Shown: positions 40,790 to 55,335, counted from the first letter of the stretch. The stretch is DNA of 64,000 nt from Camelus dromedarius (GCF_036321535.1 NC_087437.1:110238001-110302000), one strand, 5' to 3'. The notes: generated by a model not told the origin, from the sequence alone. Numbers and translations: made by a program.

Positions 40790-42710
40790 TTAACAAATAT
40801 TTGCTGGACACCTACTATACTCCAAGCATTTTTCTAGGCATTTTAGATATGTTGGTGAATCAAACATACAAAGATCCAAGCCTTCTTGGAGTTTATACTA
40901 TAATAATTATACTAGTTTCCCATGGCTTCTGTAAAAAATGACCACCGACTTGGTGGCTTAAAAGAACAGAAATTTATTTTCTCATGGTTCTGAAGGACTG
41001 GAGGCTAAAATCAGTATCACCAGAATGAAATCAAGGGGTCTGCAGGGCTCATTCCCTCCGGAAGCTGTAGGAGGAACCCTTCCTTGCTTTTCGCAGCTTC
41101 TGGTGGATATAGCAATTCCTTGGTTTGTGCTCTCATCGTTCCAATGTCTGTCTCCACGGTCATAGCGCCTTCTTCTCTTGTGTCCATCAAATTTCCATCT
41201 GCTTTCCTGTTATAAGGGCACATGCTGCACTTCAAGTTCACAGAGAAGATCCAGGATAATCTCTCAAGTTCCCTAACTCAATCACAACTGCAAAGGCCCT
41301 TTCTCCCAAAAAGGTAACATTTAAAGGTTCCAGGCATTAAGATCTGAATTCTTCGTGGGCCATTATATAGCTTGATACCACTATTCAGCCTGCCATACCT
41401 GTAGAGACAATTTACAAAGTGATAAGTGATATATTATCACAGATGGTGATGAGTGATATGGGAAAAAGGAAAACTAGAATATGGTAAGGGGGCCAGTGGT
41501 TCCAGGAGCTGTAGTGTAGAGGGAGAATTTGTTATTTAAAGTACTCTCTTTAGATAAGCTTCACTGAGCAAAGGAAAGGAGCTAAGGGAGTAAGGCACAA
41601 TGATTTACAAAGAAAGAGCTTTTACACTGGAGAACCTCTTAAAGGAGGAGCCTGCCTGTAGTGCTCTTGAAACAGCAAGGAGGCCGATGTGGCCAGAGAG
41701 GAGAAAGTGATAGGAAGAGCAGGGAGAGAGGTCCCTGGTAAGGAAAGTTAAGAAAGTAAAAGAAGGACCAGAACCCATAGGACTTAACATGCCACTGTAA
41801 GCACTTTCATTTTACTCTGAATAAAATAGGGGAGACTTCCAGCGTTTTGACAAGACACATGTACAGACCAGTATTTTAAAAGTTCACTTTGGCTGCTATA
41901 TTAAAAATGGACTATAGAGGGCAAGAGAAAACACAGAGGCATTTCTTTGAAGAACGTTTTAGTAATGTCGGTGAACAATGATGGTGACTAAAACTGCTGA
42001 GCTGAGGATTTTAGATACATTCTGAAGTTAGAACCAAGATCATTTCCTGATGAGTTAGATATGGAGGATGAAAGTAAGGAGTCCAGATGACTCTTAGGTT
42101 TTGATCCTTCACAACTGGAAGGATGGAGCTGTCATTAACTGAAATGGAAAAGGCATCAGGAGAGATTGATTTAGGGGGAAGGAGATTAGAAATTCAGTTT
42201 TAGACAAGGGAAATGGAAGGCATTGATTAGAAATAATGTGGAATTTTCAAGGAGGTAGTTGGCTACATGAAATCAGGAAAAAGATGTAAGCTGAGAACAT
42301 AAACCGTAAGTCATCTAGATTTTATAGATGATACTAAATGTTATGGAACCAAATGAGCTCTCAGCATGATAGAGAAGCAGATGGAGATGGAGAAGACAAG
42401 CAGGCCAAGGATTGAGATATGGGCATCCTAATATTAAGATGTTAAGGGAAAGTGGAGGTATGAGAAAAGACATAGAAAAATTGACCAGGAAATTGGAGGA
42501 AAACACGTAAGTATGAAGACTTGGAAGTCAAGGGAAGAAAGACATCTGAAAAGGAAGAGATAATAAACTAATAAGTGCTGGTATAAGTCAAGTGAGTTGA
42601 TAGTGGAGAATCGATTTTGATTTAGCAAGAAGGTATCCTAGATGAAATATACAGGAGAAGTTTGGGCAGGATACTGGAGGCAAAAAGCTGGCTGTAAGGA
42701 GTTTAGGACA
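40790..42710 (-). mobile_element. L2 (3' region) interrupted by an MLT1 LTR
   Basis: aacaaatatttgctggacacctact; aacagcaaggaggccgatgtggccagag; caactggaaggatggagctgtcattaactga. Confidence 0.75.
40908..41398 (-). mobile_element. MLT1 (D/E-like) solo LTR
   Basis: tagtttcc...ggtggcttaaaagaacagaaatttattttctca...ctattcagcct. Confidence 0.8.
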
Positions 42711-44167
42711 CTTCTCTGTGACATGGCCCAAGAATCATTCCACTGATCCATTCTACAAGGATACCTGAGCAGAAGGTAATAACTCATTTGCTGTAGAGTT
42801 TATAATTTGCCTCTGTAGGTGGCTCTAAGGAAAAAGAGATCAGTGGCTTTTTTTTTTAACTTAAAGTTCATATGTTTCTTTCATGATTTTCCAGATGTTT
42901 GATTTAATTTCTATCCCACTACCAGCTTGAGTATCATCAGACTAGACGCTTTGCTCTGCAAACACAGCTGTATGAATCTGAACACTGATGAGAGATTCAC
43001 CCTCATGGAGTCATTGTTTAGCAGCACTTCCTTGTCCTGGCATAGATAGCGCATCCATGGTGAGCAAGACAATGGCAGTATAATTATATTTATCAGAGCA
43101 GAGCCTGATGAAGGTATTCCAGAATAACTTTGCAGGATAAAAAAAAAATTCTGATTATTTTATGACATGCACAAAAATGTATAGAGACGGGAACAATGGC
43201 AAAATGGATCACTCTACAAGGTCTTTCTTCTTCCTTCTGGCAGAGCAATGGTCATCTTTCAGTGTAGTCCTCTCCTGTCTTAAGACTTAAGATAAAAATC
43301 CTTTATGAATAGTTTAATACATCTTTTCCATAGGAGATTTCAAGCCACTTTAAAAAATATGGTAATCCTACGGGGTGATAATTATAAGAAATATCAGGAC
43401 CAAATTAAATATAAAAGCAACGCTAGGTGTAATAGCTCACTGTGGATGTGCAGGCCATGAAGAGCTATGGAGTTACAGGCATCTTGACATCTTTCTTCAA
43501 GATTCCTGAAGTCTTGCAATAAAAGGGCATGAATTTCTGGGAGTTCCCTGTTGCTAATTAAGGTAAACCAAAGGGATAGTAGGATTGGCATCTAATAGTA
43601 AACCCTGAGACTAATCAAGGTTCTAATCTGAATGAAAAATTACCACACCTTCTCCTAAGGAAATAAAATTTTTTCCTTAAAAGAAAACTAAGGAACCTCA
43701 AATAAATATTTATGGTCCCTAAATTGTTCAAAGATCATAGGCAAAATGATTTTATTGTTCTTTTTATGTAGCTAGTATGTAATGTTGATGTATATGAAAT
43801 AATCTATGCAATTATATGTTAGTTATAAAGCCTAATAATAAAAGAGCATCCATGAAGACACTACTCACCTGTGACGAGAACATCAGCCACACCATTGAAC
43901 TGACCTATGTGATCAGACCTGATCCAATACCCCCATGCCCCACAGAAGGTGAGTTGTTTTTGCTGTTTCCATGCAGGTAAGAGTATAAGTTGAAATTACT
44001 GCTTTGGAAAACATTTTCATTATTCCATAAAGTTAAATCTGAACATGTTCTATGAGACCCCTAAATATCACCCCCAGGTGCAGCTGGAGACGTAAGACCA
44101 TGCAGTTAGCCTATAATGACCCCTCAGTGTTCAAGTCTCCAAAATTTCTATATTGACATAAACTCAC

Positions 44168-44172
<5 letters not shown>

Positions 44173-44205
<33 letters not shown>

Positions 44206-44221
44206 TATATATATGTATATA
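44173..44221. repeat. (TA)n microsatellite
   Basis: Directly visible. Confidence 0.9.
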
Positions 44222-46031
44222 AACTTTTTTTACTTAAAAATCAGGAATGATATCTTGTAATGGTCTCAAAAATTAACATGTTAATATTTTCAATATAAAA
44301 AGTTGTCTTTGATCAGTTTCTACTTTATTAACCACCTTTGGGTACGAGTCTGTGAAGCTGAGTCAGAGGATAAGAAAAGATTGACTGGAACAATGAGACT
44401 AGATGGAGAGGAAGGACTCAAGGAAAAGATTGGTCCCTCCATTTAAACAAGAGCTGGAATGATGAAAGAGGAGAAGTGGTGTAGCGTGAGTGAGAGTTCT
44501 TAGGGGACTGGGACAAATGACAAACTCTAGGCTTATTCAGGACTGTGAGCTAAGAGTTCAACTCCCCCTTCAATATTTGGGGGAGAAACAGCTAAAGCTC
44601 GATTTCATTGTTTATTTTTTGCTTTGGTTGTTTTGGTCATGATTTTTGGACTATTCTAGATCCCGGATTATATGGATTCAAGCTCCATAAAAGTTACATA
44701 TAACGGTTGGCTTGCTTTTTTTGGATAGCAAATTTTTGTTTTACATGACATGAACACTTTCCCGTATCAACACGAAGAGCTATAATTCATAATTTTATTT
44801 ATTTATTTTATTGTGTAAACACTTTAATACAGAGCCAATTCTTTTTTATCAAAGTATAGTTGATTTACTATGTATAACTCATTGTTTGAAGTGACGGTGT
44901 AATATTGAGAAATACTGATGCACCATAGCATTTGCTACCACTCCAATACTGGCAAAGCTTAAAATGAACCTGCAATGTCTACCCAGTGCTTGAGGTTTAC
45001 CAGGGTCAGTGCTTTCATTCTTTGCTGGTGACAATTTGAAATACCGTAACACTTTTTGGAGGGAAACCTGGGAATTTCTACCTTACAGTCACCTGTCAAT
45101 AATATATACAAGGAAGTATATTATTGCACTGTTTGTATAGTAAATAACTGGTTATGAACAGACGTTTTTCTGCTGAATAAATATAGATTTGTAAGTATCA
45201 CTTTACATTTTTACTTGCTTCTTTTTCTGGACCTATATGAAACAATGCCGTATGCTTCATTCCTGTGATTCCTAAGGTCAAGGACAACATCTGTTCCATT
45301 TCTGCTGCAGAGCACTAGGTTCCACCCATTAGCACAGGAGGTGGCTTAATTAATTATATTATTTGAAAATAATGATAATGAAGCACAGAGCAACCCTCCT
45401 TTCATCTGCTAGTGATTCCATCTCCTTAATTGCACATGAAAGGAATTAATTACAGTACTTTCAGGGTTTTTTAAAGTGATGCTTAACTACAACCTAAAAT
45501 GCAAAAATGAAAGATACAAGGGATGTTTCATGTGAGCCAAATCCTCCTTCCAATCATGCAACCTTTAAAAACCCTTAGGTCTTTCTTAGAAATATTAGTT
45601 ATTTTGTTGTACGTTAATTTCACAAGGAAAGTGGGATGCTTTAATTATAAAAGCTACCTATTTCTTTTCACGATTTTTTAAATGTCTGCTTATGTTTTTG
45701 ACTTCTGGATGTCATTTTTACACCTCCTCAGTGGATCTTCTGAAATTGACTTATGCTTTTCTCTCTGATTCTAATGAATCCTCTTTCCACGGGAGCTCTT
45801 TGAAGCCCCTCATTGCTCTCCCATCTTGCCCTCTGTAAGTACCTGTATATATTTGTGTCCAAACAATTTGTGTTTTATAGAGAGTGTATGGATAGTTTGA
45901 TCTGATAGAGACTCCCAATCCTGTATGGACCATTTCTGCATTGGAGGGCCTTCTGCTTTAGGGAAGCACGAGGATGTTCTGAATGAGCATCCCTATGTGA
46001 CAGCATCTCAAGCAGCAAATCCTCTGGGGGT

Positions 46032-46664
46032 AGTTGTGGGTTCTGGCCGGCAGAAGTCCCACCGAGACAGAATGAATTACTCAAGACTCTGTGGAAAAAG
46101 TCAAGAGAGCAAGAGGGAGTCGGGAGCCAACTCCAGAAGCCTCTCAAATGCTCCCATATTTACTGTGTACATTCAAAGGAAGAATGCAGGAATTTAGGGA
46201 AGGACAGGGTGGGGTCACAATGAGTACAAAGGCTTTGTTTATTGTTGGTGTTTGGCTCAAGGTCAGAAGACCCTTTTTGGTGAATCATGTTCGTGGGTGT
46301 TGAGCCTTTCAGCTTATCAGGGCGGAACGTCTGAGAATCAGAAGCTTAACAACTTGGACTCAGGCGGCTGTGCCTGTCTTAGGTTGCCCCCCTTAGGGGA
46401 TCTTACCCGTCACTGGCTAACCGGCCTTCTCACCTCTGAGTCTGCAGCTTTTTGTAACTTGTTTACCATTCCAGCCCAAGGCTGTTTTGGGGATAGAAGG
46501 CTATCTAATAGCAGTCACGCCCAGCGTTTATAGCCGAGGGCCTGGGTCGTTGCTAAAACCTCAACTATGCAAGCAAGGCGGCTACTAAGCACATTTGCTC
46601 TTCTTTAAAGAGATAAGCGGCTGAGGTCTGTTACAATTTGTTAACCTAATCATGGGCTCCCACA
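46032..46664 (-). mobile_element. Young ERV solo LTR, probably ERVK/betaretrovirus-like
   Basis: Minus strand TGTGGGAGCCCATG...GAACCCACAACT; CpG-rich relative to the flanks; TSD gggggt (46026-46031, 46665-46670); reverse-complement homologue at 54726-55335. Confidence 0.85.
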
Positions 46665-49600
46665 GGGGGTAAAATGGCTTTAAAGTATGTCAGTCTGGCC
46701 TCAGAAAGAATAGAAGGTTAACTGAAGTTTTTTATTTTTGTTGTTTGATTTCCATTCACATTTAGCGTATGTACTTACAAGCTGAGATCTGGTTCTGTCT
46801 TGGGTCAAGTCTTCTATCTATACTTTGGATTGAGTTTCCCCCACTGCCATCTAGCTGAAGAAAGGGCCACAACTCATCTCTCTCTCACCCTGAAGAGCGG
46901 GAAACATGCTCTCTGTCCTAACAAGGTGACATGGGTCCAAAGTGCACCAAAAGCGCCAGGAAGTTGCAGCTCACTCATGCAGAGGGGAAAGAAGAAAGGA
47001 GGGTCCCACTGAGTTCTATCAAGGAGGAAAATTCAGGGCACAGAGTACATGTCCCTGTGCAGCCTATGTGATGTTTTCTCTGGTAAAGTATTTAATTAAG
47101 TAGTATAATTCAGAAAAAAGAAAAAGAGACAGGCATTCTTTTCTTTAAAATAAAAACTCAGTGAAGAGGAAGAAAATGAAGATAATGGTGAATGGAAGTG
47201 TCTGATCCTGTTTATCACTAACCTTCCTATTTACTGTGATCCCAGCAATGTTTTCTCTATTATCTTATTAAAAGAACATCCATAACCAAGAGGTCACAGA
47301 GTTTATTGTAATATTTAACATGTGAATGCCATGAAATTTAGATATATATATAATAACCTAAACCATTTATGTTTTGTGTTGTTTCTTATAATTGGAAAAC
47401 TTATAAAACTATAATAGAAAATAGTGGGGGTAGGGCTAACAGAAAATAATCTAAACCATTTATGCTTTGTATCATTTTGTTTTAGTTAGAATCTTGGTAT
47501 ACAATTGGAAAAACGTTTGTCAAACTTTTATTAAAAATGATGTGTGTGCGTTAAGAAAATATCCACTTACCTCACCTGATATTTGCTTCTACTGATACTG
47601 AAAATACTGCTTCCTACATGAGAAGAGGAGTATGTATGATTCATCAGCAACAAAAATAGTTAATTTATCACAGTGTTTTCACTGCTGCATAACTGAAGCT
47701 ACACTGTGGATAAAAGAAAGAAACTAGCAAATTTTTTACCATTTATAACTTATTAATATCATATTTTCTACTTAAAATTGAAATTTTTATTATTGCTCTT
47801 ATTTGTTTTCAAAGGAAGGGTGAATGTTCTAATTTACTGATGGTGAGTCTATAGATCAAAATTTTATTTTATATTTTAATAATTGCTAGTGAACACGAAT
47901 ATCAAATAAAAGACCAGATGTGACAGATACCCTTAAATTGATTCCAACTAAATGGAATGCAAGAAACTTATCTACTTCTCTTGTGAGTGAAGATGAATTG
48001 CCATGGCTTAGAGCTTTAGAAGCCCATAGTTCTAATCTTTCATTGATACATAATCCCAGATGGTAGCAAACTGGTTCATTTTTATAGAATCCATTTTCCC
48101 AGAAGCACTTTACCATTATGTTGGATTTTAATTTGAAAACAGTAGGGCAAAATACACAACAAATACAGTAATTATAAGAAAAAAAGCATTCAAGCGATGT
48201 AACAACATTCCCCAGGAGGTCACACTCTGCTTTGTACTTGAGATTCTAAAGTTATTATTTTCTCAACTCTGAAGTTCTCAGGTAGAATTCAGGAGAAGCT
48301 AAAGGATTTTATGATGGTTATAAGTTGAGATGTTGTAGTGTGTGTAATATAAGAGGATGCTAGACTTCCGCTCTTAAGTAAAATACATATGTACATTGTA
48401 ATATGCATATTATTCCTATGTGTTTTATTTTGTAAATAAAACCAAAATAAATTCTAAGTATTAAAACCTTAAATCCCATCATTCTATAGATTCTTCTAAG
48501 TACCTGGATATTTAGCACTATGGGTAGGGAAACGCCTAGAGTCCAGGATTGCTATAGTAATTCTCCTGCACGCCAGGAATTCCAGTGAAAGAGTGTGACA
48601 AGGAAATAGAAATAATACAGATACCTTGAATCGGAGGTTTCCATCCCTCAAAAGTTGACAAAGAGTGAGGATTGCTTTAAATCTGATACAACATACACAA
48701 GGAGTCATTTTGCATCAACAAAAACAGAATATTGTTCTTTATTGAGTATCTCCTGTAAGTTGAACATTGTACGATGCACAAAATAGAATATCTCATTAAC
48801 TACGACAACAGTCCTCTGACGTCAGTGTTTATATCCTCCTTTTTTGTGGAAAATGGAAACAGGTTTATGGAGATTAAAAAGCGTTCTGATGCATGCACAG
48901 CCAGGAAATGGGGACATTGGGATGCAATGTACATCTGTGTGGACCCCAAACCCGTGCTCTTCAACAAAAGAAAACATTGCAACTGCCCTTTCCCATATGA
49001 GAGAATTGTTCATCACTCCACAGAAATACTCCTTGCCTCAGTTTGTCAGATACAGCCGTCTCATGGGGCAGTTCTTCTACTACCCCAGGGATGGGTTCAG
49101 AATCCTAGATGCTCCACATCCCACTGTGTGGCACCCTCACTGGGTGCCCTGCTTAACTCCTCCTGAGAACCTTCTAGATGTGGTCTCCCTTAACAGTTGA
49201 GATAAAGTCTTTCTCTGTCTCTCTTTTTTTTAATAGCATAAAAGCAATCAACTGTAGATGTCCTAAGTACTCAAATTGGCCACAGATTTAGAAAAATGGT
49301 CAAAATACCTAATAGTGGTTAGATAAATGGTCAAAATAGCTAAGAGTGATTAGATAAATATTAGAATATTTTTTCAGTTTTAATACCTAGAGAAGTTGGT
49401 TAGGATTTGTACATTTATTAGTAGGTCCTGAATGGTTTTATTTAAGAACTAGGGTTAGATTAAGTAATGGCTATAAAAATAAAACTTAATAATGGTTTTA
49501 TCATTGCATGATGATTTTTCCATTTCTGTCAGGCTTACTTTGATGTTACATACTCTGTATAAATGTCAATTAGAAAACTGAATAATAGGAGCTTTATTAA

Positions 49601-50069
49601 AGAATTTTATAATTGTGTAACACATATAAACAAATAAAAAGAAAAGCTGTTTTTGTCTTAGTTGCCCAAACAATTCTAGCTTTTTGAATTAAGAACTTTA
49701 AACAAAGATCCTACTACAACCTGGAAGAAGTTTACCTAAATTCCAAGTCTATTAATATTTGAAAATATGCATGTCCTTACGTGTGCCAAACTTACAAACA
49801 TAAATCTATATGCATAAAATAAGTTATTATATTATTTGGGGTTAATTTTACATTAATGTGATTCAAGAAAAAAGATTTTGATTTTTAAATATGGAAAGTT
49901 AACACAAAATAGGAAAAAGTAATAAATAAAACATTCTTAAGTATTTGGCTTTGTTTATTTTAAAAAAAGAATGCATTTATTGCTTCATTAAAGTATCCTT
50001 ATTGTACAAATTCCTAAACCGTTACTCCTGAACTGTGATGGTAACCAGAATAAATCATAATGATACTGA

Positions 50070-50310
50070 TGATCATAGTTAATGTTCATTGAATGCTTGC
50101 AGGGTGTCAGAAATCATTTGAGATGCTTTAGGTGGATTATGTAATTTAGTCCCCAAGACAATCCTAAGAAGTGGAAAACTCTAGTTTATAGATAAGGAAA
50201 CTGAGTCAGGAAGAGGGTAAGTAACTGGTTCAAGATCACGTAGTTAGTGGATAGAGATGGGAATCTGAGAAGAGCCTGACTCCAAGACTTTGCTCTTGAA
50301 ACTACTCTGT
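50070..50310 (-). mobile_element. MIR SINE
   Basis: tttatagataaggaaactgagtcag...ggtaagtaactggttcaagatcac. Confidence 0.8.
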
Positions 50311-51189
50311 TTTTGCATAGTCTGTGGGGAGAGAAAGAGAGACAGAGACAGAGAAGAGGAGACAAAGGGAAGGAGGAGAAGGAGGAGAAGGAAAAGGGGA
50401 AGAAGGAGGACCAGGGGATGAAGAGGGGGATAGGGTGAGAAACTAGGTTGCACTTTAAGTAGGATGTTTAGCGAAGACTCCTGAGGAAGTGACATTGACT
50501 AAAAGCTTGAAAAATGTGACAGGGCTAGCTATGGGGGATACTGGAGAACATGCTGCTCCAGATAGAATAGTTGTGTAAGAATGTTTCTCCTACCTTCTCA
50601 AGAGCATCCCCCTCATTACACCAAAATCCAAGCCTTAGTGATCTAATATTTTCCCTGATTTCTAACCAGTTTCCCATTTCCTTGCATCTAAAAATGAAAA
50701 AAAAAAAAAATCAGGAATCTCACTGATTCTTTTTTACATGAACATTTGTTAATTCTTTTATCTCTTAACATGAAATGATTGGCTTTTATTTCCTTGTGGG
50801 GAAGCATGTGCTTGGAAGGGAGTGTTTATCATGAATCTCTGCTTTCACATCCAGCCTGGGGGCCACGGTCATAGCCTCCCAATCACCAAGACCCATAAAA
50901 CCTGATGCCCACTTAGGTGACCTCAGGAAAGAAGCCCAATTGTATGAGATTAACCTGAGTATTTCAAGGGACAGATTACTCATACACCAATAGAGGGGAA
51001 ATTTGGTGCTGGTTTCAGATAATTTGATTATATCTTAAAACTCTTTTCTTATATTTTTGAGGCTAGATTACATGTATTAAAATGGTCATATCTTAAAAGG
51101 GCATTTTAATAAATCTTGTCAACATATAATTCCATATAACACCAATCAACTTATAAGGTTGCTTCTAGAACACTAGAAAGTTCTCTCAA

Positions 51190-52260
51190 GGCCCTTTACA
51201 GAAAATTCCCCTCCTCCCACAAAGGCAACCACTTTTCTGTCATCCATCCCCATAGATAGGTTTTGCCTTTCTTGGTTTGAATATAAATGGAATTTTACAG
51301 TATGTACAGTAGTGTCTGGCTTCTTTCATTCTCTGTAACTTGTTTTTGAGGTTCTTTTTTATTGCTAGGTAGTACCTCATTGTATCAATATGCCAGTTCA
51401 TTCATTTTCCCATTGTGGTAGTTGATTTGGGTAGTTTTCTTTTGTTCTTTATTTTTCTTGGTAGAAAGCAACAATATAAAACATATTTTTAACATAGTTT
51501 GGATAAATAACTAGGAGCAGACTGCTAAATCATAGGCTATGTTCAACTTAATAAGAGCCACAGCATTTTTCCAAAATGGGTTTTACACCCCTCCAGTAAT
51601 GTGTGAGTTCCAGGCGCTCTCACATCTGCTCCCTCACTTCTGTTGTTAGTCTTTCTAATTTTAACCATTCTAATGATTACGTGGTAGTAATTCTGTGTGG
51701 TTTTAATTTTCATGTCCCTAATGACAAAGGGTTTTGAGAATCTTTTCAGTGACTCTCATCTTCTTTTTGAAGTGTCTGTCCAGTCTTCCCACATTTTCCA
51801 TTCAGTTATCTCTTAACTATTGACTTGTAATCTGCAGTAAGTCTTTTGTCAGATATATGTGAAAATGTATTTCTCCTCATCAGTGTCTCTTTATTCACTT
51901 TTTAATAGTGCTTGCTGAAGAAAAACAATTTTTATCTTTAAAGACCAGCTTAACAAAATTTTGTACATGTAGTGCTTTCTGCTTATAAGAAATCTTTGTC
52001 TATCTCAAAGAAAAGTGTTTCTTTTAAGAATTTTATGGTTTCAGCTTCTACATGTAAGTCTGCAATCCAATTTGAAGTAATGTTTGTACATGATGTGGTA
52101 TATTGGTCAGTGTATTTTCTTGTAGGAACTTTGTGGTTTGATGCTTAAGTTTAGGCCTGCAATCCAATTTAAATTAATTTGCATATGGTGAGAGGTATAG
52201 ATCAATGTTCACATTTAATTTTTTCATTTGGATATTTAATTATTTCAATACTGTTAACAA
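51190..52260 (-). mobile_element. Old L1 (L1ME/MD-like) 3' region
   Basis: tgtctggcttctttcatt; ttttaaccattctaatg..gtggtagta..gtggttttaattttcatgtccctaatgac. Confidence 0.75.
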
Positions 52261-53240
52261 TATTCAAGAACTTTTGATGCCAAAAATGAAAGAAAGGAAA
52301 ACTAAAACTTGAGCTTGCCTGGCTAATTAAGTTTGTGACAACCACTTTTGAATTATGCCTAGTTATCATGTAACACATTAGCAATTTACATGCTATTCTG
52401 TCATATTAACTTTGTTGAAGGTTTTCTTTTATTGTAATTTAAAACTCTCCAGCATAAATATAATTCTTAATGTGTACTGTTTCTGCAGTCTGCTTATCTG
52501 CAGCAAACATCTGGAATGATGGATTTCTAAGAGTTTGCAAAGGCTCAATTTGTATACACAAAACTATTGATTAGTGTCATTATCTACAATGATTTGTTAT
52601 CCTTCATCAGTCACCACAGATTTAATGATACAGCTTCATCTCTGAGACAGTCTTCCACTTTTTCACTTAAAAACGTCTCACTCTTCTGTCTCTTTCTCCT
52701 CTCTTAACCTCTCATCATAACCTACTGTTTCACATTCATGATGAGATCATTCCACTTCCTTTCTTCATTTTTTGTGTATTTAGAAGTATATTCAATCCAT
52801 TGGTAAATCAATACTTATTATTGAATATGTGTCAGATACTGACAAATAACTCAAGTTTTTATTAGAATATAAAAAATACAGGGAAAAAGAATTATTGAAG
52901 GTTAAGAACCAATGTCTAAGAACCTATGGCTCAACTAGATTAGTTGTCTGGCTTCCCAGAACCATCAAGAAGCCTGAAGTGGGTATTGATTCTTACACAG
53001 AATTTTCATATTTTTCAAAATTTCAAAATAACCAGTCACATTTTCAATCACTACATGAGACTACATCATGTTCGGGACTAAAAGGAATATTGAAGACAAA
53101 GGAGGTTTTCACCAGACAATGAGTCACTTTTTCTTGAGTGGAGGGCTAGTAGGGTTAAGGTGCTTAAAGTGCATGGATCTTTAAGAAATTAAGTAAGAGA
53201 CAAAGGATGCTCAATGATGATGCTCTGGAAGGAAGCAAAA

Positions 53241-53398
53241 AGATCATAGAATCTCCTATAACAAAATACGTTTTGGCCATAATAATCATAATAACCATCA
53301 CCATCACAGTGGGAGCTGTATACAGAGCCATAGCCACAGCCCTAGTAGAAGTCATATCCACATCTCCCACACACATTTCCATAGAAATTGGACTAGAT
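53241..53398 (-). pseudogene. KRTAP21-like pseudogene
   Basis: Minus strand gcc ATC TAG TCC AAT TTC TAT GGA AAT reads (I)*SNFYGNVCGRCGYDFY*GCGYGSVYSSHCDGDGYYDYYGQNVFCYRRFY. This resembles KRTAP21 (MCCNYYGNSCG...PFCFRRCY); ATG>ATC and two in-frame stops. Confidence 0.8.
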
Positions 53399-54725
53399 GG
53401 CATCAGGAGATGAGAATGCAGCTGGGCTATAAAAGAAAGCTACTTGAGTTTCAGTATCACGGACTGCCCTGGGCTCTTTCTACATAATCAGATGTTTACA
53501 CAGTACACATCACACTTTGCCTTCTTGTTCCCACAAAAATTTATACTTAAAAAAAGCTGACTTATTTTATGTCATAAGAAATCCTCTCATTTTGTGGACC
53601 TTTTTCAGTTTCCCCAAATCAATCACAAACTTTCAAAAGTAACTTGTGTTCCCAGTAAGTTACAAATGTATATTCCACAAGTGTCATGAGATGCACAAAT
53701 AACACACTGCCTTTGTCTTCACTAATCTATAATTATATCTTGTACTGAAGTTGGAGCCATGTTAAATTCCTTGATATATCTCCTAAACCAATAACTGGCC
53801 GTTTGCCTTTTCCTTATTCATTTCCTACTCTCAGTTGATTTAAAGCCAATTTACTTTGAAAATAATCAGTGTCAGATTTTCAGTCTTCAATGTGAAGACC
53901 TCACACAGGCACGCTCCCTACCGCCACCCTCCTCCTTCTTCAAATCAGCTTTCCTCAGCTGCAGCATCTTTTCAATATTTATCATTCTTTAGTATGGCTT
54001 TCATTTCATTTCTACATCCCCATATTTCAAAAGACCTTTACATCATTTCTAGTTTTCCGATTCTATGATTTATAAATTGTCCTTGACATCTCTCTAGAGT
54101 GAAATACGTAAACGCACACCGACCTACCCTGCCTCCCGAGTCAGGTCAGTATTATTTCTCCAGAACCCAGAGGGGGAATTTTCTCAAGTGGTCCACGAGG
54201 TTAGTTCCTTTTCTCTTGTTTCCCATGTGTGTCACACCAAAGTTTAAGCACCTTAACTCTACTAGCCCTCCACCAAAACGTAACCCTTGAACTCTAATCT
54301 CAGTATACTTCTCCACTAACTCCCTGCCTTCCCCGGATAGTACAACAGTATATCCAATAGATGCTATAGTTTCCCCTTTTATGTCTGTTTGTGAGACTAC
54401 CAGTTTCATGAATATTTCAACTACCTGATATAAATAGGGCAATCAACCCCCCTAAAAATACACATTGTATTTCTTATAAACAATCAGATGTCACCCCAAG
54501 CAATCTGTACTAATCAGACTGATGGCAGAGTGGCAGAGGCTGAGACAATCAAAAGAGAGCTCTCAAGGCTTTTATTTTTCCCTTTTGGAAGGAATATTCT
54601 TTTACAAACAATTTAAATACGGAATCAAAAAAACGTGAATTCACAGTGAAACAATGAGAAAGTAGAAATTTCTCCCTTTTTCTGTTCTTTTTATTCATCT
54701 TCCCCATGCAACAATTATCATGTTT

Positions 54726-55335
54726 TGTGGGAGCCCATGACTGGGTTAACAAACTGTAATGATCCCAGCCGCTTATCTCCTTAAAGAAGATGTGCTTAGT
54801 AACTGCCTTGAGGTTTTAGCAATGACCCAGGCCCCCGGCTGTACACACTGGGCGTGCCTGCTATTAGATAGTCTTCTATCCCCAAAACAGCCTTGGGCTG
54901 GAATGGTAAAATGCTGCAGACTCGGGGGTGAGAAGGCTGGTTAGCCAATGAAGGGTAAGACCCCCTGAGGGGGCAACCTAAGACAGGCACAGCCGCCTGA
55001 GTCCAGGAAAATCTTGCCAAGCAGCTGATTCTCATACGTTCCGCCCTGATAAGCTGAAAGGCTCAACACGAACATGATTCACCAAAAAGGGTCTTCTAAC
55101 CTTGAGCCAAACACCAACAATAAACAAAGCCTTTGTACTCATTGTGATCCCACCCTGTCCTTCCCCAAATTCCTGCTTCAACTGTACTCAATAAATATGA
55201 GAGATTTGAGAGACTCGTGGAGTTGGCTCCTGACTCCCTCTCGCTCTCTTGACTTTTCCCCAGAGTCTTGAGTAATTCATTCCATTTCGGTGGGACTTCT
55301 GCTGGCCAGAACCCACAACTGGTGACAAACCCACA
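54726..55335 (+). mobile_element. Young ERV solo LTR, same family as 46032-46664
   Basis: TGTGGGAGCCCATG...GAACCCACA-ACTGGTGACAA-ACCCACA; perfect 6-bp TSD ATGTTT (54720-54725, 55336-55341). Confidence 0.88.

Noticed and set aside
43405..43490. TATAAAAG followed by agctatgga, a possible KAP relic
   Set aside because: No sustained Gly/Tyr codon pattern downstream
48774..49200. Cluster of 118-130 aa ORFs
   Set aside because: No recognisable domain or family; lengths are compatible with chance in 64 kb
53164..53413. Overlapping 79-aa and 68-aa ORFs with hydrophobic stretches
   Set aside because: Alternative frames of the KRTAP21-like pseudogene; no independent coding evidence
46032..55335. Possible single provirus bounded by two LTRs
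   Set aside because: The LTRs are in opposite orientation, have different TSDs, and enclose no gag, pol or env
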